From the NCBI GenBank assembly GCA_018672235.1, contig JABHGE010000016.1, positions 1 to 27,304 of the forward strand: a stretch of DNA of 27,304 bases. The letters are read 5' to 3'. Positions 21,690 through 27,304 of this stretch are shown piece by piece. Position 1 is the stretch's first letter; every line of letters begins with the position of its first letter. The notes below the pieces were generated by a model. That model had not been told where the DNA came from, did not search any database, and was given only the letters and a program-made list of their open reading frames with translations. Source of the stretch: Fidelibacterota bacterium (lineage in GTDB: Bacteria > Fidelibacterota > Marinisomatia > Marinisomatales > Marinisomataceae). Both the position numbers and the translations under genes were made by a program.

Positions 21690-21771
21690 GCCGTGGTGGC
21701 GGAATTGGTAGACGCGCTGGTCTTAGGAACCAGTATCGTAAGATGTGAAGGTTCGAGTCCTTTCCACGGTA
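21690..21771 (+). tRNA. tRNA-Leu (anticodon UAG), CCA not encoded
   Basis: Acceptor stem GCCGTGG/CCACGGT with discriminator A21771; D arm GCGGAATTGGTAGACGC; anticodon arm CTGGT-CTTAGGA-ACCAG (TAG at 21724-21726); variable arm TATC-GTAA-GATG; T arm GAAGG-TTCGAGT-CCTTT. Confidence 0.97.
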
Positions 21772-21774
21772 CTT

Positions 21775-23580
21775 ATGGAAATTATATTCCTAGTTGTTAT
21801 AATTCTGACAGCACTAGTGCTTTTTATTACAGAATTATTTCCAATAGATGTAACAGCTCTACTGGTTCTTGGGTTGTTGCTAGTCCTCGGACTATTTAGT
21901 CCAGCTGGTATTACTCCAGCTGAGGGCCTTGCGGGATTTTCTAATCCTGCTGTCATCACTATTGCTTGTCTTTTTGTGATGAGCTATGCACTACAAAAAT
22001 CTCATATCCTAGAATATGTTATTATCAGTATTAATAAGTTAATTGATAAGTCTAGAATTTTAGGAATGGTTGCTTATCTATTCTTTATCGGTATTGCTTC
22101 TGCCGTTGTGAATAATACAGCAATTGTAGCAATATTTATGCCTGTTACTATTCGACTAGCAGATAAATATAATATCAACCCTTCCAAGGTGTTGATTCCA
22201 TTAAGCTATGCAGCTATTTTAGGTGGAACGTTAACACTTGTAGGCACTTCTACAAACTTAATTGTGAATTCAATATTAGTAGATACTTCAGGAGGCTCAG
22301 TATCGCTAGGGATGCTTGAATTTGCAAAATTTGGAATTATCAAATTTGCAATAGGTTTAGTATATATTTTTACTATTGGGCATAAATTACTTCCTTCCAG
22401 AGTAGCAAAATCTTCTAGTATTGAAGACTATAGCTTAGATGGATATTTAACAGAATTTAGAATTAATGAAAATTCTCCTTTGTGTGGGAGAACTTTATTA
22501 GATAGAAAAATTAATGAAAATTATGATGTGATTGTTTTAGATGTATTGCGAGGCGGTGAAATTATTGCTTCTAATTTAAGAAACTTAAAACTAAAACAAG
22601 ATGATGTTTTATTTGTAAAAGGATCTTTTGAAAATTTTCAACGTTTAAAAGAAATTGAAAATTTAGCTCTTTTGACTGATGAAAAACTTACACAGGAAGA
22701 GTTAGAGCAAGAAGATCATATACTAGCAGAATGCCTAGTTACTGACAATTCAGAACTCATCGGACAAACTCTTCAAGAAGCTAACTTTAGAAGATCGTTT
22801 GGTAGTTTTGTTCTAGCAATTCGTAGAGAAGGTGAAGTTATCCGACGCAAGTTAGCACATTTTATTTTAAAGCCATTTGATACTTTATTAGTATATGGAC
22901 CCAAGGATCGCATCAATGAACTTGCATCTAAAGAAGGGTTTATTGTCTTAGGTAAAGTAGATGCAAAACTTGATAGTCATCCCCTTTGGTGGTTAAGTAT
23001 TGCTACAATTTTATGTGCTGTAGGTTTAGCTATTTTTAAGATCGTTCCTATTGCAGTTGGAGTTATTATTGGAGTGATTGCATTATTGCTAGCTAGAGTT
23101 ATTACGCCTCAAGAGGCTTACTCATCTATTCATTGGCAGGTTATTATAGTTATTGCAGCTTTCCTACCAATGGGAGTTGCTATTCAACGTACAGGATTAG
23201 ATGTTATAATAGGAAATGGAATAGGAAGTGTAGTCAATTTATTTCCAGAGCATCTTACTCCATATTTTCTTTTAGCTATTATTTATTTGATTACAATGAT
23301 ATTAACAGAGATTGCATCTAATGCCGCTACTGCAATTATTATGACTCCTATTACTTTAACATTAGCAGCAAGCTTTGGGTTTGATCCAAAGCCATTTATT
23401 TTTGCTGTATGTTATGCTGCTTCAGCATCTTTCATTACTCCAGTAGGCTACCAGACAAACTTGATGGTATATGGTCCTGGAGGATATAGGTATTCTGACT
23501 ACATTAAGGTAGGACTTCCTTTGGGAATTATTTTATGGATTATTTCTGTAATGATTATTCCAATGATTTGGCCTTTTTAA
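21775..23580 (+). CDS. SLC13/DASS family permease with two TrkA-C domains (sulfate/di-tricarboxylate transporter-like)
   Basis: GFSNPAVITI, SAVVNNTA, LIPLSYAAILGGTLTLVGTSTN, central duplicated TrkA-C-like segments, TEIASNAA and FITPVGYQTNLMVYGPGGY. The track's GTG start (21745) lies inside the tRNA, so ATG 21775 is preferred. Confidence 0.93.
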   Translation: MEIIFLVVIILTALVLFITELFPIDVTALLVLGLLLVLGLFSPAGITPAEGLAGFSNPAVITIACLFVMSYALQKSHILEYVIISINKLIDKSRILGMVAYLFFIGIASAVVNNTAIVAIFMPVTIRLADKYNINPSKVLIPLSYAAILGGTLTLVGTSTNLIVNSILVDTSGGSVSLGMLEFAKFGIIKFAIGLVYIFTIGHKLLPSRVAKSSSIEDYSLDGYLTEFRINENSPLCGRTLLDRKINENYDVIVLDVLRGGEIIASNLRNLKLKQDDVLFVKGSFENFQRLKEIENLALLTDEKLTQEELEQEDHILAECLVTDNSELIGQTLQEANFRRSFGSFVLAIRREGEVIRRKLAHFILKPFDTLLVYGPKDRINELASKEGFIVLGKVDAKLDSHPLWWLSIATILCAVGLAIFKIVPIAVGVIIGVIALLLARVITPQEAYSSIHWQVIIVIAAFLPMGVAIQRTGLDVIIGNGIGSVVNLFPEHLTPYFLLAIIYLITMILTEIASNAATAIIMTPITLTLAASFGFDPKPFIFAVCYAASASFITPVGYQTNLMVYGPGGYRYSDYIKVGLPLGIILWIISVMIIPMIWPF

Positions 23581-23831
23581 TGTTTAAAGATTTAGACAGC
23601 TGGGAATATGAAAATAAAGCTATATCAAAAACATTTGAGTTTTCATCATATTTATCTGGCGTAAACTTTCTTAGTAAGGTGGCTTCTTTAGCTGAGAAAC
23701 TCAATCATCATCCAGACATGACATTAACCTGGTGTAAGGTACATATAGTACTCACAACGCATGATAGTGGCGATGTAACAGATAAAGATGCGGCATTAGC
23801 TAAATTATGTGATCAACATTTCAAGGGCTAG
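23580..23831 (+). CDS. phhB: Pterin-4-alpha-carbinolamine dehydratase (PCD/PhhB family)
   Basis: KTFEFSSY, catalytic AEKLNHHPD and LTTHDSGDVTDKD; start at the TAATG overlap with the permease stop (83 aa). Confidence 0.93.
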   Translation: MFKDLDSWEYENKAISKTFEFSSYLSGVNFLSKVASLAEKLNHHPDMTLTWCKVHIVLTTHDSGDVTDKDAALAKLCDQHFKG

Positions 23832-23833
23832 TA

Positions 23834-24664
23834 TTGAGATATCTAGTATTAGTATCATTACTTTGGTCGTTTTCATTTGGAATTATTAAATATGGTCTAT
23901 CCGGCGTAGATCCTTTTTTTATTAGTTATGCTAGAAATTTGATTGCACTGGTCTTTTTCAGTTCAATTTCTCTTTATCAGTTCAAGAAATTTCAATGGGA
24001 TACTAAGTTATTGCTTATAGGAGCGATTCAATTTGGATTAATGTATATTTTTTATATCCAGTCTTATCAGTATCTACCAGCATATCTCATTGCGACTTTT
24101 ACCATTACAACGCCTATTTTTATATCTATTGCTGATAGATACTTTTTTAAAAATCTTATCACTTTAAAAGATGCTTTAGCCATTTTTTTAGTAATATTAG
24201 GTTCTTACCTTATGCGATACAATGTTGCAAACCCGGTTGAATACTGGTATGGATTTATGCTGATTCAATGCGCTAATTTTGTATTTGCTTGGGGACAAGT
24301 ATGGTTTAAAAAATGGAATAGCGAACATCGCAATACTGATATTATCAGTAATTTTTCTCAATTATTTCTTGGTGCTACGATCGTTACATCTGGAGTCTAT
24401 TTATCAATATCAGATAATATTATTAAGTTAACAGATACCAATTTACTCGCTTTACTTTTTTTAGGATTATGTTCTACCGGGATTGGTTTTTTACTATGGA
24501 ATATTGGTGCAACAAAAGTGAATTCATATAGGCTTGCTGTATCAAATAACTTGGTGATACCAATTGCCATTCTAAATTCAGTGTTAATTTTTGGAGAATC
24601 AATAAGTCTATTATTGTTCTTACCGGGAATAATTCTATTTTATATAGCCTATAGAATTACTTAG
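23834..24664 (+). CDS. EamA/DMT family transporter, YigM(BioP)/MadN-like
   Basis: About 10 hydrophobic helices. LLWSFSFG, IGAIQFGLMY, FTITTPIFI, ANFVFAWGQV and GIGFLLWNIGATKV resemble E. coli YigM as I recall it. TTG start. Confidence 0.85.
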   Translation: MRYLVLVSLLWSFSFGIIKYGLSGVDPFFISYARNLIALVFFSSISLYQFKKFQWDTKLLLIGAIQFGLMYIFYIQSYQYLPAYLIATFTITTPIFISIADRYFFKNLITLKDALAIFLVILGSYLMRYNVANPVEYWYGFMLIQCANFVFAWGQVWFKKWNSEHRNTDIISNFSQLFLGATIVTSGVYLSISDNIIKLTDTNLLALLFLGLCSTGIGFLLWNIGATKVNSYRLAVSNNLVIPIAILNSVLIFGESISLLLFLPGIILFYIAYRIT

Positions 24665-24670
24665 TTTTTT

Positions 24671-25414
24671 TTATCTTTTTTTGTGCATCTTTCTTACGGC
24701 ATTTGCCATAAATATATCAAGTAGACCTTTAAATGCAATCACAATACGCCATTGCCATGGGAAAATGAACATTTTCTTCTTCTTATGTAATGCATTTACA
24801 ATTTTCTTTGCAGCAATATCAGTTTTTATAATAAATGGAGTCCATTCTACTGGATCCGTCATTTCGCTTTCAACAAAGCCTGGACAAATAAGGGTTACAT
24901 CAATAGTTTTTGGTAAAGTTTTTCTCCAACTTTCACTCAAAGCTCTTACGGCAAATTTAGAAGCAGCGTATGCTCCTCCACCAGCCCATGCTATATGACT
25001 AGCAACTGATCCTACTAAAGCAATATGCCCATCATCTTGTTTGAGCATTACTGGAATAAATGGAAGTATTGTATTTTGAACTCCAATAACATTAACCTTG
25101 ATTACTTCATTAATTAATGTTGGATCTCCTTTATGAAGTGCATCAAGATCCCCAAGACCTGCATTTGCAATGACTAAATCAATTTTTGTAATTTTTGATA
25201 AGAAATCATCTATTGATTCTTTGGTAGAGTGCTGATCAGTAACATCAACAGAGTAGATTGTAACTTCAGCGCCCATTTCGCGACATTTAGTAGCAATGTC
25301 TTCTAATTTTTCTTTTCTTCTTGCGCATAATGCTAAGTGATTACCTTTTTTAGCATATTCATAAGAGACATACTCTCCAATTCCGCTACTTGCACCTGTT
25401 ATGTAAATATTCAT
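24671..25414 (-). CDS. Short-chain dehydrogenase/reductase (classical SDR, probably NADP-dependent)
   Basis: TGASSGIG, basic ARR after beta-2, ANAG, catalytic Ser in GSVAS, YAASK and PGFV. Confidence 0.93.
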   Translation of the reverse strand: MNIYITGASSGIGEYVSYEYAKKGNHLALCARRKEKLEDIATKCREMGAEVTIYSVDVTDQHSTKESIDDFLSKITKIDLVIANAGLGDLDALHKGDPTLINEVIKVNVIGVQNTILPFIPVMLKQDDGHIALVGSVASHIAWAGGGAYAASKFAVRALSESWRKTLPKTIDVTLICPGFVESEMTDPVEWTPFIIKTDIAAKKIVNALHKKKKMFIFPWQWRIVIAFKGLLDIFMANAVRKMHKKR

Positions 25415-25421
25415 AGAGACG

Positions 25422-25427
25422 ATTCTA
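25422..25427 (-). promoter_or_regulatory. Candidate -10 element for the SDR gene (leaderless geometry)
   Basis: Minus-strand TAGAAT (5/6 match to TATAAT) ends 7 nt before the ATG at 25414; no SD. Confidence 0.4.
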
Positions 25428-25476
25428 CAAATTTATCAGTCATAATTCCACCAAAACTAATTATATTCATTCATAC

Positions 25477-26448
25477 ATGGATAAAAGTAAAATAAATGGA
25501 TTAGCTCAAGCAATTCTTGAAAATGAAGCGCGTCAACTAAATAATGTTGCAAAACAAATTGATAATGATATTGTAAAGGCTTCAGAGCTTATCATGAACA
25601 ACAACGGTAAGTTGGTGATTTGTGGATTAGGAAAATCAGGATTAATTGGACAAAAGATTGTGGCAACTTTATGTAGTACAGGCACAAAAAGCGTATTTGT
25701 GCATGCAGCAGAAGCACTACATGGAGATTTAGGTATTTACAATCCAGGAGATCCAACGCTTCTTATATCAAAGAGTGGAAACACAGAAGAATTAGTACGA
25801 TTAATTCCAATTTTACGTGAATTTCAATCACCATTAATTGCTTTAGTAGGTAATATGGATTCTTACATGGCAAAAAATGTAGATATTGTATTAAATGGAA
25901 CAATTGAGAGTGAGGTTGATCCACTCGGTATTGTGCCTACAACAAGCGCATTAGCTGCTTTAGCTATTGGAGATGCTCTAGCATCTGTCCTGATGGTTAG
26001 AAGAGGATTTAACGAAAAAGATTTTGCGCGATATCATCCTGGCGGAGAACTAGGGAAGCAATTAGGCTTAACTGTAAATCATTTAATTCATTCTTTAGAT
26101 GATGTTGCTGTTATCGAAGAAGATGCTTCTTTAGGTAGTATTGCATCTGCAATGACTGAAAAGCCTTTAGGCGCAGCATTGATTATAGATAATAAAAAAT
26201 TAAAAGGTATTGTTACCGAGGGAGACTTAAGAAAAGCGATTGCATCTAATAAGTCTTTATCAGATTCGATGGGAGAATTAATTAATAAAGAACCTATATC
26301 TGTGTCTCACGCACTATCAATTCAGGATGCAATGAAATTAATGGAAGATCGTGGTTCGCAAATTTCTGTATTACCCGTTGTAAGTGAATCTAATGAATGT
26401 TTAGGCTTAATTAGATTACATGACTTGTATCAAACTAAATTAGTCTGA
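25477..26448 (+). CDS. kdsD: Arabinose 5-phosphate isomerase (KdsD/KpsF/GutQ family; SIS plus tandem CBS domains)
   Basis: GLGKSG, EALHGDLG, SKSGNTEE, PTTS, GDALA and FARYHPGG; C-terminal CBS pair (GIVTEGDLR; GLIRLHDL). Confidence 0.93.
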   Translation: MDKSKINGLAQAILENEARQLNNVAKQIDNDIVKASELIMNNNGKLVICGLGKSGLIGQKIVATLCSTGTKSVFVHAAEALHGDLGIYNPGDPTLLISKSGNTEELVRLIPILREFQSPLIALVGNMDSYMAKNVDIVLNGTIESEVDPLGIVPTTSALAALAIGDALASVLMVRRGFNEKDFARYHPGGELGKQLGLTVNHLIHSLDDVAVIEEDASLGSIASAMTEKPLGAALIIDNKKLKGIVTEGDLRKAIASNKSLSDSMGELINKEPISVSHALSIQDAMKLMEDRGSQISVLPVVSESNECLGLIRLHDLYQTKLV

Positions 26449-26491
26449 TCATACAATAGACACTTCATTTATTATGATTTCCCTCTATTAA

Positions 26492-27304
26492 CTATTTAAC
26501 AAGTAACATTTTCATGGTCTTATTAAAATCTTTTGTACGAAGTTGATAGAAGTATACACCACTACTTAATGTATCGCCATCATCATTCTTACCATCCCAT
26601 TCTACGGTATGAGTTCCTATACTATTTTCGCCTCGATCAATTGTTTTTACTAATTGTCCTAGCGTATTATAGATATAGATCTTAACAGAAGTTACTTCTG
26701 CTACATCATACTGGAATGTTGTCTGGCTATTGAATGGATTTGGATAGTTTTGGTAGAGTTTAAATTCATCTGGATTACCAAGTTCCATTACACCATTACC
26801 AGCTGCTCCATCTTTAGAGAATAATTGATAACTCACTTCAATTTCAGATCTAGGTGTATCTCCATCAATATAGATAAATAATTCTTTTTCATCTTCAGAT
26901 AGTCTACCAAATTCAAACTCATAGGTTTCTCCAAGACTATCATTATTTTCTAATATAATCATACTCTGATTATTTTTTGCTACAGAGAATTGATATACAT
27001 TACCTTCATTTATAATTTCAAATCGTCCAGCAGTAATATTGTCTGGAAGAGTAATCTTAATTTGATTACCAAATAATTCTGCAGGAAAGTCAATTGGATT
27101 TAACTTTTGCTGCTGTTCAGATTCTGAAGTTTTACCTTGAGCTTTAGTCCACTGCCAGTTTCTAGTGAAGACACTCACATCATTAATGTCAGCTGAACCA
27201 TCTAAGCTTGGAGTTAAATAAGGACTTGTTCCAGTAGCTGGACCTAAGTCAACACTCGGCCATGCATTTACAAAAGAGTTCAAGTCTTCAACATCTACAT
27301 CCCA
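26492..27304 (-). CDS. C-terminal part of a probable secreted/surface protein with a dockerin-like repeat and a T9SS type-A / FlgD-Ig C-terminal domain (5' end beyond the window)
   Basis: The frame stays open to the window edge (WDVDVEDLNSFVNAWP...). C-terminus FKLYQNYPNPFN, IYNTLGQLVK, WDGKNDDG, LSSGVYFYQL, KMLLVK-stop is the typical Por-secretion-type tail. Confidence 0.88.
   Translation of the reverse strand, partial: WDVDVEDLNSFVNAWPSVDLGPATGTSPYLTPSLDGSADINDVSVFTRNWQWTKAQGKTSESEQQQKLNPIDFPAELFGNQIKITLPDNITAGRFEIINEGNVYQFSVAKNNQSMIILENNDSLGETYEFEFGRLSEDEKELFIYIDGDTPRSEIEVSYQLFSKDGAAGNGVMELGNPDEFKLYQNYPNPFNSQTTFQYDVAEVTSVKIYIYNTLGQLVKTIDRGENSIGTHTVEWDGKNDDGDTLSSGVYFYQLRTKDFNKTMKMLLVK

Noticed and set aside
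21675..21959. ORFs 21675..21899 (+) and 21723..21959 (-), and the GTG start at 21745
   Set aside because: They overlap the tRNA-Leu and the permease and have no recognisable protein features.
26449..26491. Possible bidirectional terminator between convergent kdsD and the T9SS-tail gene (AATAGA...TCTATT, TCAT...ATGA)
   Set aside because: The stem is interrupted and AT-rich with no U-tract; too weak to call.
21740..27304. tRNA-Leu as an integration site for a genomic island
   Set aside because: No integrase, no repeat of the tRNA 3' end seen in the window, and no obvious compositional shift downstream.

Overview
AT-rich, very gene-dense bacterial chromosomal window of mostly core genes. It resembles a streamlined FCB-group-related genome; Marinimicrobia/Marinisomatota-like is my best guess, by inference only. 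Left, minus strand: tdh-kbl (threonine catabolism) and secD, which runs off the left edge and is absent from the ORF track. From 4051 to 24664 there is an unbroken plus-strand run: parA-parB, M23 peptidase, bactofilin, atpZ-like gene, atpBEFHAGDC, aspS, phoH, leucine dehydrogenase, nusB, secA, a cystathionine gamma-lyase/synthase, tRNA-Leu(UAG), an SLC13/TrkA-C permease, pterin-4a-carbinolamine dehydratase and a YigM/BioP-like EamA transporter. Right: an SDR (minus), kdsD (plus) and the 3' end of a probable secreted protein with a dockerin-like repeat and a T9SS-type/FlgD-Ig C-terminal domain (minus, cut by the right edge). I saw no mobile element, CRISPR array or defence system. Best leads: (1) a CCA-less tRNA-Leu ending 3 nt before the transporter ATG, whose 5' codons are enriched for the CUN/CUR Leu codons that tRNA reads; (2) recurring leaderless-promoter geometry at SD-less genes; (3) the parAB-M23-bactofilin-ATP synthase linkage; (4) a cysteine-free SecA tail and minimal ATP synthase c and epsilon subunits.
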